DNA of 64,000 nucleotides. It comes from Amoebophrya sp. A120 (Eukaryota; Protista; Dinoflagellata). Below are positions 25,790 through 37,700 of this stretch, in pieces. The notes beneath the pieces were generated by a model. It was not told the DNA's origin. It searched no databases and saw nothing but the letters and a program-made list of their open reading frames with translations. A program made the position numbers and the translations under genes. The stretch spans positions 1,284,709 to 1,348,708 of the forward strand of contig CAJINV010000010.1 of the NCBI GenBank assembly GCA_905178155.1, written 5' to 3'. Position 1 is the stretch's first letter. The number at the start of each line of letters is the position of its first letter.

Positions 25790-27000
25790 GTCGCAGCCCG
25801 CGGCCCGCCCGGAAGAGCATTTGTTTCCAGTGTTCAGGAAGTTTTTAAGAGCAACAGCGTGCCCCGTCGTGGTCCAGATTGGGTTTTTTTCTCTTCGCTT
25901 ACATCTCGCGCAAGAGAACAGCGCCCCGCTTTTCCGCCGCAGAGCTACCGGCGCCGCCTGCGAGCGGGGGTTGGTGGGTTGTCTCTCGCCACACGTCCGG
26001 GAAATTTTGGCCAGAAGAGCTTTGCTCTCCGCGTTCCGTGGGCGCATGCCGGCTTGCGCGCAAGCTAACGCGCCGGCCAGGCCGACGCGCAAAGCGGCGG
26101 CGCGCAGGCAGTTGGCGCGCCTCTCATGAATGCAGCGCAGTATTGCCGGCGGAGCTTCGGCGCCAGCGCGGAACTCCTGCGGAGGGGAACGGAGGGCCGA
26201 GACCTCTACACCAAACGCCGAGAGAGAGGCATCCGCGCAGCCCCCCGCAGTGTCTCCGACTTTCCTGCTTGCCGGCCCGCGCCGCCTGAGTGTGCGCCGA
26301 GCGTTTCTGTCTGTCCGTCGTCAATGTATGCCGGGGGGCTGCCGCCCGGAGCCGCGGGCGCGCCTGGCCGCCAGATCCAGCCAGTGTTCCTTTGCCCGCG
26401 TATCGCCGGCATTCCCGCCGAAATCCAGGACACTTCGCCCGAGGCGGTTCCGAACAACGCCGGCCATGGGGCCCACTTGCTCGCGGACCGCCGTGCGAGC
26501 CTCGCCCGCGGCCGGGACGTGCGCAGTTGCGCGGTAGGATTTTGCAGCGTTTTGCTGGGCCAGCTCGGGCCTTGCCTCGGGCTCCCCCGCCCGCCCCCAC
26601 ATCATGGGCCCTGTCTGTGGCCTGCCCGGGGGCGGGGGCCGGTCTCTCTCCGCTGGCCTTGCTGGCCCGCCCGCGCGCTAGCTTCATAGTTCTGCACTCG
26701 CAGGGTTGGCGATTTATTGGCTGCGCCGCGCCCCGCGGCGTGTCCGCCGGCCCGCCCCCCGCCCTCGCGCCCCCCGGTCGCACATGCATGATTCCGCTCG
26801 CCCGGGTGGCGCCCGCGGGGACTGGGGGTTGGGGCATGGCTCTTCCGCACATTGGTTAAAGGGCGCCCCCGCCGCCCGTATCCATGGCTCGCTCCCTCGG
26901 GCCGGGTGGGATCGGGGCTGCGTGCGCCGCCCAAGGTCCCCGATCGAGCTGTATTCGTGAGGCCCGACAGGTGGGGGCAATGGCGTCAGCCATGGGCGGT
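25790..27000. other. Intergenic GC-rich island, unclassified
   Basis: Abrupt rise in GC content; only short overlapping low-complexity ORFs. Boundaries are approximate. Confidence 0.55.
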
Positions 27001-27639
27001 GAGATGGATGGAAGAGCTCCGGCTGGTCAGTGTCTTTGGTCCGTTTTGCATGTTTCGTGTTCGCCGATTATTTGATTTTCGATCGTTCACTCACATCATA
27101 AGAACTTGGACTAGTGCTCTACCTTTTGTTATTTTGCAAGTTCATTATTTTCCTCGTGACCAGACAAAGTGTGTCAGCTGGCTCTTCGTGCAGAAGAAAA
27201 GGATCCTCCACCTATTTTCGTGCACTTCAATGAAGCGCATGAAACATGATTATTGAGATATCACCAGTGGAGGCACCAGTTTGGTGCTTGAACTTTACAC
27301 CGCGTTGTGTTATTCTTGTTGTGGAGGAATATGAATAATGACGCATTAAATTACCCCTACGTACGCATCTTCTTTCATACGAGTCGACTCACTATATTAT
27401 GAGTAAAGAACTGTCCATGTCGGCGTGTTGACTTTTTTGGTACTCTGACATCCGGCCAATTCAGATCTAGGCATTACTACACTAGTGTTGCACAGACTTC
27501 CACTTTGCGCTTGAGCAGTCATCTCGTTTGTGTTTCACATTTCATACAATTGCGATCACTACCTACGACGATTTTTCGTTTTTTCCAATTGCGTTCGCCC
27601 AAGCCCTTCCTCCTCCAACACTCATTCCCCCAGCGAGCC

Positions 27640-30600
27640 ATGGCCTCGACGCAGCAGGCCCGGCGTCTTGTCGCGGGCGACGGCCCGCAGATTGCTTCTT
27701 CCAAGCTTTTCCCAAACCCAAAGGAGTTCCAATGCGACCAGAACGCGGACTACTTGAAGAAGAGGTTGCAGGTGTGGGAAAAGGTGAAGGCCAAACACGA
27801 AAAGGCTGTTGCCGCTATTCCGAAAAAGCAAATCACCATCACCCTGCCGGACGGGAAGCAGGTGCAGGGAACGAGCTTCGAAACCACTCCTTTAATGATT
27901 GCAGAGGGGATTTCCAAGAAACTAGCCGGGGACATTGTGGTGGCGAAGGTAGTAGAATTGGATAGTTCGTGCAGCTCTTGTATGGTCTGTGCATGACAAT
28001 GACCAAGCACAACTCTGTTGCGTACTATTGCGCATGAGAAGGATGGTTCGTAGTTGTCAACAAACCTATATTATAAGGTCTACTACACCGAGCCCATCGC
28101 CTCTTTAACGCAATGCGTCGCCGCGGATGAAGAGCCGGACTCCGATGCTGACGGATCTGATGACGAAGACGCGAAGGAGGACAAATTTGTTCTGTGGGAC
28201 ATCAGCCGGCCACTGGAGGGGAATTGTACGCCGGTGGTTCTTTTTGTGTAGTGGATGACTTCTGCAGCTCTTTGCCATTGGTAGCTTGAGGCGCGACCGC
28301 CCGTTGCTGTTCATCATGCTTCTGGAGCATGACAATTTGAATTTCAACAATTTGCAGGTGCGGAATGTTCTTTGCCAGCATCACTAAATTTTGTTCTATA
28401 GGTACTCTCCACCTTTTGAAATTTGAGGACAAGCTTGCCTCCAACGTGTTTTGGCATAGTTCCGCTCACGTCTTGGGAGAAGCCATTGAGGTCGAATTTG
28501 GGGCGCACTTGACCATCGGGCCACCCTTGGAGCGTGGGTTTTACTACGACGGCTTTTTCGGCGAGAAGAAAATCTCCACGACGGAAGACTTGCCGAAATT
28601 AGAGAAGCGCTGCCAGGAAATCGTGAAGGAGAGCCAGCCGTTTGAGCGGGTCGCCTTAAGCAAGGAGGACGCTCTGGAAATGTTCGCGGACAACCCGTTC
28701 AAGGTGCAGTTGATCACGAACAAAGTCCCGGATGGATCCATGACCAGCTGCTACCGCTGCGGGCCGCTAGTCGATTTGTGCCGCGGGCCGCACTTGCCGT
28801 CCACGGGTAGATGCAAGTCCTTCTGGATCCACAAAAACAGCGCGAGCTACTGGTACTGATAATCTTCTATTTTGCATGCGACTGACGCTGATTTTCTACT
28901 GTTCCTGGTAAAAATAGTGATTCCATGATACAATGCCTTGTGATTGTGTACGTGTACGACCTGCACTTTCAACACTTGGCGTGAAAGATAAAACCAGAAG
29001 CACGATTCACCACTTCCACCTAGGTTGGGGAAAGACAAGAACGACTCCCTCCAGCGCATTTACGGTGTTTCTTTCCCCTCCGACAAGGAGTTGAAGCAGC
29101 ACAAACTGATGCTGGAAGAAGCCGCCAAGCGCGACCACCGAGAAATCGGGCGGAATATGAACTGCAAAAGTATCGTACTAGTATAATTTGCATCACAAAT
29201 CTTGGCAAGAAGAAGAGTGGAATTTGTAATGCTGTGTTACCTTAGAAAGGAGATTTGTAATGCATATTTGCAATTAGTACAAGTGCGATAGGTTTACACA
29301 GGATACGGAAGCAGGAGCTCTGGTTTTTCTCCGACTATTCCGCCGGGTCCTGCTTCTGGATGCCGCACGGCGCCCGGATCTACAACAAGTTGGTGAGCTT
29401 CATGCAGCGGGAGTACGCCATTCGCGGGTTTCAGGAGGTGATCACACCAAACTTGGTGCACGAGAGTCTCTTCAAGGCTTCGGGGCACTACTACAAGTAC
29501 AAAGACGACATGTACAGTATGAACATCGAGGGGGAAAGGTGGTTTTTGAAACCGATGAACTGCCTATGAGAGTGCACAACCCTCCCTCCCCCTCATGTGT
29601 ATGGCATGAACAGCAATACAAGCAACAGCAGAAAATGGGCTTTCGCATGACAAATCTGCATGCGGATTGTAGTACTATGTATAGTTTGTCATGCTAACAG
29701 CGCGTACGAGCAAGGTGCGAGTTTGGTACTTTGCATTACAAATGAGGGGGAGGGGGAGATGTGCACTGTAATACTGCCCCGGCGACTGCGTCATCTTCGG
29801 GCATCGCGTGCGGAGCTATCGGGAACTACCCTTGCGGATGGTTTCCTTTGGCGTGCTGCACAGAAACGAAAACAGTGGGGCGTTGAGTGGTAGATCTAAA
29901 ATGTGCTGGCTTGAGTATTTTCTCTCTGTCAACATGATAAACAGAAAACATCATTTGGAATAGTTGCATAGCATGTCGTATAGAAGTCGCGTGATCATGT
30001 TTTGATGCTTCAGCCGAAACTAAATAGCGAGATCCCTGTATATACGTTTTAGGTCTGACCCGCGTCCGTCGCTTTCAGCAGGATGACGGGCATATCTTCT
30101 GCCGGATGGACCAGGTGAAGAGCGAAATCAAGTACGCGCTCGCTTTCGTGCGGTTTGTGTACCAGACGATTGGCTTGGAATACACGATGGTGCTCTCTAC
30201 CCGGCCGAAAAAAGCCATTGGCTCTGAGGAGGTGTGGACGTATGCGGAGAAGGAGCTTGCCGAGGCTCTGAACGAGAACGGTGAGCCCTTGGGCTTGAAC
30301 AAGGGCGACGGGGCGTTTTACGGACCGAAGATCGACTTCAAAGTAGAAAATGAGAAACCGTGAGTTACAAATTTTCTTACCGTGAATGTTGGTAGATGAA
30401 GTACAACACGATCTAATTTAGGCCAGTTTCAAGCTTCAAAGCCGACAATTCCATAGCAAAGCTACTCAAAAAACAAAAAGTTTAAAACCGCACCAAACAA
30501 CTTCTTTTCGTCATCTTCAGGCAAAAGACGCCCTGGGTCGGCAGCACCAATGCGCGACGATGCAACTGGACTTCCTGTTTCCGATGCGATTCAACCTCCA

Positions 30601-33468
30601 GTTCCGCACACAGGCGGACGAGCAGAAGGAAGCTGGCGAGCAGGCGGCTTTGGGTAACAAGGAAGGAGACAAGACAACTGCAGTTCCTCCGAAAGGCAAA
30701 AACGCCGCTTCTGGTGCCGCTGTTGCCATAAATGGGAACGCGGCCGCGCTGGCCTCCGCGGACGGGGACTCGGCGGGAACCAAATCCGCTGTCGACAAGG
30801 AGAAGGAAAAAGAGGCGAAATTGGATATAACCCGCTCAGGTGTTACAATCTCAAACGTTGCAATAGAGTATTGAAATCTGTGATGCAAGATTGCATGATC
30901 TAGCCAAGTCTCATAGGCTTGCGCATGACAAGTTCCAGAGCCCCAAGCCCCACTATAATCTCGCGAGATTTGTATTGCAAAAGGTGGAAAGCTGTGCGAG
31001 TCTGTCATGCTCATCATGCAGCACAAATTCCACATTCTATTGTAACGTTTGAGATTGTAACGGTTGAGCAAGTCATATTGGAAGCGTACGGGTTGGAGGG
31101 CGTCTTGAAACCGGGGCACGAGCGACCCGTGGTGATTCACCGGGCGATATGGATTGCAAAAGTGCCTGGGTCTGGAAGATTGCAACTTGTCATGCTAAAT
31201 CCGAATCATGCAGAAATCTGTGTTGCATGACCGCCAAAAGCTGCCCACTTTCGACCATCTTTGGAAGAAGTTTCTCATGCAGGATAGGCATGGCAGAGAC
31301 CTCACAGACTCTGTCATGCTAGGTCCCGCATTCCAGACCTCATGGGTCATGAAAAACCTGCATGACAAGTTTACACTTACTTTTCCAGACCCAGACACTT
31401 TTGCATTTGATAGGCGATTATGGGATCGGTGGAGAGGTTCACAGGTAGGAAATAGCAAGGATTCGAATTCGTACTAGTCCTAGTCGTGCTGCTTTACGGC
31501 CTACATTTATTTTGCATCATAAGATGAAATAGAATGAAGATGAGCATAATCTTCCGACGAGTTGTACCGCAATTTATAGATGATGCATGTTCATCAGCGC
31601 GTTCTTTATTTCTATCGCACACAAACACAAACACAAACTCATATAACTCATAAGTACGTACCAAACATACAGGCATCCTGTGCGAGCACTACGGTGGTAA
31701 GTGGCCATTTTTCCTCAGCCCGCGGCAGATCTATCCTGAGTAAAAACGTACCCACCCCAGAGTTGTCATGCAGATTTGCCATGACAGGAACATTTGTGAT
31801 GCGCAACCCCATGACAGGCATTTTCAATCGTGTTTGGGAACTTGTAATGCTGTAAACAGGATCAGGAGGTCGATTTGTGATGCGGCTTTCCTTGCTAACT
31901 TGCACTACCTTACGGACTGAGACTTGTCATGCGTGACTCCTAAAGCTCCTAGGTTTGTGTTGCAAAATCCTCATCCTGACTCTGGTGTGGGTGCGTTTTT
32001 ACTCAGGATAAGATCATGATCGTCCCCACCCACGCCGGCCTGAACAAGTACTGCGAGTACGTTATGCATTGCAAAAGTATCGTACTTCCAGTAGGTGTAG
32101 GAACACTCGCATTACAAATTTCCCCAAGAACAAAAATGGAACTTGTCATGCTAGATCAGCTACAAGATTCGATTTGTCATGCAGGACTGCAATTGCCAAG
32201 AATCCGATGTTTTTGCGATGTATATTCATCGCGGAGCAGTACCGCAACTTTGGTCTTTTCGCCGACGTCGACACCAGCAGTAAGACCATGAACAAGAAGG
32301 TCCGGGAGGCCCAGCTGGCCCAGTACAACTACGTTGCGATCTGCGGGGAGAAGGAGCAGGAAAACTTGTCAGTTAATTTGCGGGACCGGGACACGGGGAA
32401 ACCGGTCGGGGAGTTCGGCTTGAATGATTCGGTGGACATGTTTGTCGCGAAATCCAACCCGAACAGCAAACCAGCGAACCAGTTTGACGCGTTTGAGGGA
32501 CGCGTGCCGAAGCCGGCTAGTGCGGGAAGTAGTAGTTCTACTTCATCATCTGGAACAGGAACATCAACTGGAACTGCGACGAACTTCTCTGTGCAGAAGA
32601 CGGACAACGACAAGAAGACATCTGCTGCCACTGCGGAGACCGCTGGCGCAACATCCACGACGAGCAACAAGAAGGAAAATCAATCCAGTATCAGAGGCAA
32701 AAATCCCCCCTCCCCATATCGAACAGGTATGCTTCCGAAAATTTGTGTTGCTGATTTGAGGTCACGAATCTCGTTTGTCTTGCAAGAAGACAAGGGCAGA
32801 AGCTTCCGCCTCATTATGGAATTGATTTGTCATGCTGTTGGGCCTAAAGGCAAAGGGGAGGCGTTTGCCATGCTGAACAACTAGAGGACCCATACGCCCC
32901 TACCTAGCCTGGGGATCTGGCCGCAGGAGTGCCTCTGTGCAATACAAACCGGATTTGCGTACACAAATCCAGCATCAGAAATTCCGTTTTGATATGGGGA
33001 GGGGGGATTTTTCCTTTCGATATCCAGCAAGAAAAACTGGGAGGCGCACTTCGCGGAGTTCCCGTACGCTGAGGGGTTTGAACTGTCTGAGACCGATAAG
33101 ATATGCATTGCAAACATGTCTGATGAATCTGGAAGGATGCAAGGGTTGTCATGCTTGTCTAGCATGACTGAAGAGTTTGTGCTGCGTGTCCAAGAAGAGA
33201 CCCTTTTGTTTGTCATGCAAAACGCAGTTTGTCACGCGGAAAGCGCAACACTAAGAAGCGCAAATATTTCTCATGCTTCGCTGTGCAATACAAAGAGTTC
33301 ACTATTCACAATTCAGCATTACAAGTTTCCTTTTCCAGACCCAGACATATTTGCATTTGATATAAGAAACTCTTCGACGACTGCAACAAATCCGGGATGC
33401 CGAGCTCCGAGAATTTTCAGCGGTGGTTCGAGCATGTGGGGAGCTTGGTGCGGGCGGGACGCTGCTGA
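27640..33468 (+). CDS. TARS: Threonyl-tRNA synthetase, copy 1; 8 introners and 6 GT-AG introns
   Basis: TGS domain [82 protein letters not shown]. Introns: 27949-28077, 28226-28401, 28853-29023, 29890-30052, 30343-30520, 31445-31672. Confidence 0.95.
29156..29305. mobile_element. Introner, family A
   Basis: TIRs; repeat CGGAA; site empty in the paralogue. Confidence 0.92.
29565..29773. mobile_element. Introner, family D
   Basis: Similar to 14028-14250; repeat CTGCC; splits KPMNC-P. Confidence 0.9.
30826..31077. mobile_element. Introner, G-type TIR
   Basis: TATAACCCGCTCAGGTGTTACAATCTCAAACGTT...AACGTTTGAGATTGTAACGGTTGAGCAAGTCATA; repeat TTGGA. Confidence 0.9.
31148..31412. mobile_element. 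Introner, family B (reverse-complement relative of 16392-16656)
   Basis: TIRs; repeat GGCGA; restores HRA-IMGS. Confidence 0.92.
31732..32010. mobile_element. Introner, family C
   Basis: TIRs; repeat AGATC. Confidence 0.92.
32063..32224. mobile_element. Introner, family A (diverged)
   Basis: TAT...ATA; repeat TACGT/TTCAT; restores EYV-AEQ as in the paralogue. Confidence 0.85.
32689..33022. mobile_element. Introner, singleton TIR type (longest, 334 bp)
   Basis: TATCAGAGGCAAAAATCCCCCCTCCCCATATC...GATATGGGGAGGGGGGATTTTTCCTTTCGATA; repeat TCCAG. Confidence 0.9.
33102..33362. mobile_element. Introner, family B
   Basis: TIRs; repeat TAAGA. Confidence 0.9.
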
Positions 33469-34720
33469 AACGGAAATGGCAATATGCTGTCTTCTTGGTA
33501 CAACAACGTCAACAGCTTCGGGTCCTTTGCCTTTCAGATACGGCAAGGAAAATTTTTACAGCAACTGAAAAACTATGTTAAAAACGAGGGCGCCATGTGG
33601 TTGATAGATGAAATGACAGATACGGTTACGGAGAACAACCTTACCTAATCATGCAACTTCTGAGGGAGGTGTTGTAGTTGTAGAGCCCCCTTAAAGAAAC
33701 AGATAGAATGAAATGGTTTTTGACATTCGATGAAAATGAAAATTTGTATTCGACCATCTCGTTCTTGAGAGGTTTCCGATGAATGTAAAAGGTAGACTTT
33801 CGGTCTTTTTGGTGAATGATATTGATTTTGCTTTGCGGGTTGCTGACGTGACAGACGCAGCGAAGATCCGAGAAGAATATACTTAGCTTAGTAGAAGTGG
33901 CGGATAACTGTAAATACGCAAAATTTCGAATAGAGCAACGAGCTCCGCATCACATGATAGAGTGGTTTTGTATAAAGTTGATGTCGGACGAAAGTAGTTA
34001 GGAAAAAAAAGAATTGAATAAATTTGGTTGACCACACGAGGATTTTCCACGAAATGGTTTCGAACGATGATCATGATATCAATGGGAAGAATTAAGTCTC
34101 GAGCAAGACAGGCAATTGAAGAGAAACATTTATAGCTGTCCCGAGAAACAGAAACATGACGAAGCTGTCAGCAAAAATCAAATCAGCCGGTGGCATGCGC
34201 TGCTGGTGTTGTTGTTCAGCCACATGTGTATCACTACGAAGGATCATCCCGAACAAACTTTTTTACAAGGAAAGATCATCATGTTGATCATCAGATCAGC
34301 TTGCATTGTTTCTACTTTTTGCCCGGACAATACATGTAGCGAATTTAATCGCATCCAGTAGAAGATCTATTACCATCGCAAGATCGCAATCACTTTATCA
34401 AAGCAAGAAATTATTCCTACGTACATGAACATGGAACGCACGGTAAGAATTGTTCTTTGCGTTCTAAAATCTTCAGGCACTCCGGATTTGCGAAAAGTTA
34501 GATTTTTGACCTTTTATTTCGTACCCATAGTACGTTCGACGCATTAGCATTACCCATACATTACACTTGCATCCACCCTAAACTTGTGCGTTTGATGTCC
34601 TAACAAGAAAATTTCTCAGAAACACCCCACGACATTCACATTCACCACCAAAGAACCTAAAAGATTCACATTTTCCACCGTCAAAGGCGTTTTTACGTCG
34701 CCACCGCACTACAACAAGCC

Positions 34721-37700
34721 ATGGCCACGACGCAGCAAGCCCGGCGTCTAGTCGCCGGCGACGGGCCGCAGATTGCTTCTTCCAAGCTTTTCCCGGATCC
34801 GAAAGAATTCAAATGCGGACAGAATGCGGAATACTTGAAGAAAAGATTACAGGTGTGGGAGAAGGTGAAGGCAAAACACGAGCAAGCGATCGCGAAAATC
34901 CCAAAGAAGGAGATCACGATCACACTGCCGGATGGCAAGCTGGTAAAGGGGACGAGCTTTGAAACCACGCCAGAATCGATTGCTGTTGGGATATCGAAGA
35001 AGCTGGCAGAAAAAATCGTCGTGGCTAAGGTACTGAGTGTTCGCGAGTAGAATCATGATCTTCACTTTGCTTTATGCAGAAGTGTGCCCGTGATGTGGTC
35101 TTCCTTTCAATCGGCGTCTACTACCGAAGAAAGCACGCGTTTTCATTTTCCGCATGACAAGCTAAATCACATTACAAAATCAGGTCTATTACTCCGAGAC
35201 CATTGCGTCACTGTCTCAAGTAGTAAACGCCGATGAGGAGCCAGAGTCTGACGAGGATGGGTCAGATGACGAGGATATCCTGAGTAAAAACGTACCCACA
35301 CCATAGTTGTCATGCAACTCTGCATGCTTAAAATGTTTCTCATGCGGAGCCCCATGAGAAGCATTTTCTAATGCGGTTTTGAAATTTGTCATGCTCCAAT
35401 CAGCACGAGATACTAGATCTGTAATGCTGCTAAACTAGCTTAAACAGCACTACACTACGCGGAGAAACTTGTCATGCCAAACAACCAAAGCTGGCTGATT
35501 TGTCTAGCAGATTCCCCATCTTGACTCTGGTGTGGGTACGTTTTTACTCAGGATAGAGGAAGACGCTAAGGACGAGAAATTTGTCCTCTGGGACATCTCG
35601 AGACCACTGGAAGGAAACTGTATTCTTGCAGCACTTCTTGTTTTTCAATTCTAACTCGCGTTGATCACTAAGCTCGGGGGCGTACTCCGCGTTGATCACT
35701 AAGCTCGGGGGCGTACTTATTTCCGGCAAGCTTTAATGCATTTCGCAAAGAAGCGAGCCGCCGGGCATTCAAGCCTGGGGCCTAATTTTTCTGTCCGACT
35801 TCCACGATCCTCAAGAGGCGACGGGGATAGTGGTTGTTTTCGTCGGGGGCTAAGGATTCTCTCCAGCTCTTAGGAAGTATCTTTTGAACGCCAAGCGTGA
35901 GGGTGGTAGCGCGAAGCGAACCCCAATTGAACTTCCCTTCACTGCTAAAACGGGTGGTGTTGCGTCGTTCGAGATGCCTGGCTCTCAATGCAATCCAGAG
36001 CAGATGATTAGCCTTCAGAAAATTTAAGCGGTTATTAGTGCAGTTTCTGGCTCACCTAGGTAGCTCCTACAGTACCGAAGAAGCTTGTGCTGAATTGTTT
36101 TTCAATTCTGCACACCTTGGCTGCGTGACAGAGTTTTTTTTTGACGTGCATGCATTGCTTCTGGTTCTTTGCACTTCAACAAGCTGCTCTACTTTCTCGA
36201 GGCGCCTGTTTGCAGTGCTTTTCTGTAGTAGGTACAACCAGATGAATTCATTTGTATTGCAAGACGACCATGAAGATCATGATCAACCGGCACGGAAATC
36301 ATATCAGGCACCCTCCACCTCCTGACGTTCGACGATAAGCTTGCGTCCGACGTTTTCTGGCACAGCTCCGCTCACGTGCTGGGGCAGTCGATCGAAGTGG
36401 AGTTCGGAGCGCACTTAACCATCGGGCCCTCGTTGGAGAAAGGGTTCTACTACGACGGTTTTTTCGGAGACAAGAAAATTTCCACGACGGACGACCTGCC
36501 GAAATTAGAGAAGCGTTGCCAGGAAATCGTGAAGGAAAACCAGCCGTTTGAGCGGGTTACTCTGACCAAAGAAGACGCGCTCGAAATGTTCGCGGATAAC
36601 CCCTTCAAAGTGCAGCTGATCACGAACAAAGTGCCGGACGGATCCATGACCAGCTGCTACCGCTGCGGGCCATTAGTCGACTTGTGCCGCGGACCGCACC
36701 TGCCGTCCACGGGAAAATGCAAGTCCTTCTGGATCCACAAGAACAGCGCAAGTTACTGGTATCATCTTTATATATCACGATGGTGTATGTTGTAGGTTTT
36801 TCTTGCAGCGAGTTTGAGACTTGCATGAAACTCAAGATGAACATGAAAGACGAATAAGTTGTTTTACCATCGTACCATCGGCTTCATCGTGTCACATAGG
36901 TGTGACGTCAATTATACCGATCTTTGTCAACAACAGTCCTCTGCGTCTGCGCCATGGCATGCGAGATGCCTATTTGCGTGGCACCGCACGCCTTTTCGCC
37001 ACCGCACGCCCACGCCCACCCCTGCCGCCCCAGCTGCGCATAGCATGCTCGTCGCTCCGCTTTACGCCGCGCCGCGCTGTCTAAAACCAAAACCGCAACG
37101 CTGCGGTAGCAATATGTGCTTCCCAAAACGAACAAAATGCAAACTCTAGGGAAGGAACTACAGCAACAAAACGAAAAGCATCATCTTGTTCCTCCCGATC
37201 ATCCAAAACAAAAGTAGGCAAGAACCGCCCGAATGATCAAACTAACGAACTACACAACTTCACCACAACAGGCTGGGTAAGGATAAGAACGATTCCCTCC
37301 AGCGCATCTACGGTGTCTCCTACCCCTCCGACAAGGAACTGAAACAGCACAAGACACAGCTCGAGGAAGCGGCTAAACGCGACCACCGGGAGATCGGGAA
37401 AAAGCAGGAGCTCTACTTCTTCTCCGACTTCTCCGCCGGCTCCTGCTTCTGGATGCCCCACGGCGCCAGGATTTACAACAAGTTGGTGGAATTCATGCGC
37501 CGGGAGTACGCGATTCGCGGGTTTCAGGAGGTGATCACGCCAAATCTGTACCACGAGTCTTTGTTTAAAGCGTCCTATGCATTGCAAAAGCATCGTACTA
37601 GTATAAATCGCAATACAAATTTTCTCAGAAGGAGAAATGGAGTTTGTAATGCTGATTTGGCTAAGAAACAAGATTTGTCATGCATGATTGCAATTAGTAC

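Noticed and set aside
25610-27075. Dense overlapping Arg/Pro/Gly/Ala ORFs (also at 40.7-42.0 and 47.2-49.0 kb)
   Set aside because: Expected in very GC-rich DNA. No recognisable domain, no transposase motif, and no preferred frame.
27403-27639. In-frame, presequence-like N-terminal extension of ThrRS copy 1
   Set aside because: No in-frame ATG and no identifiable upstream exon; it cannot be supported without cDNA.
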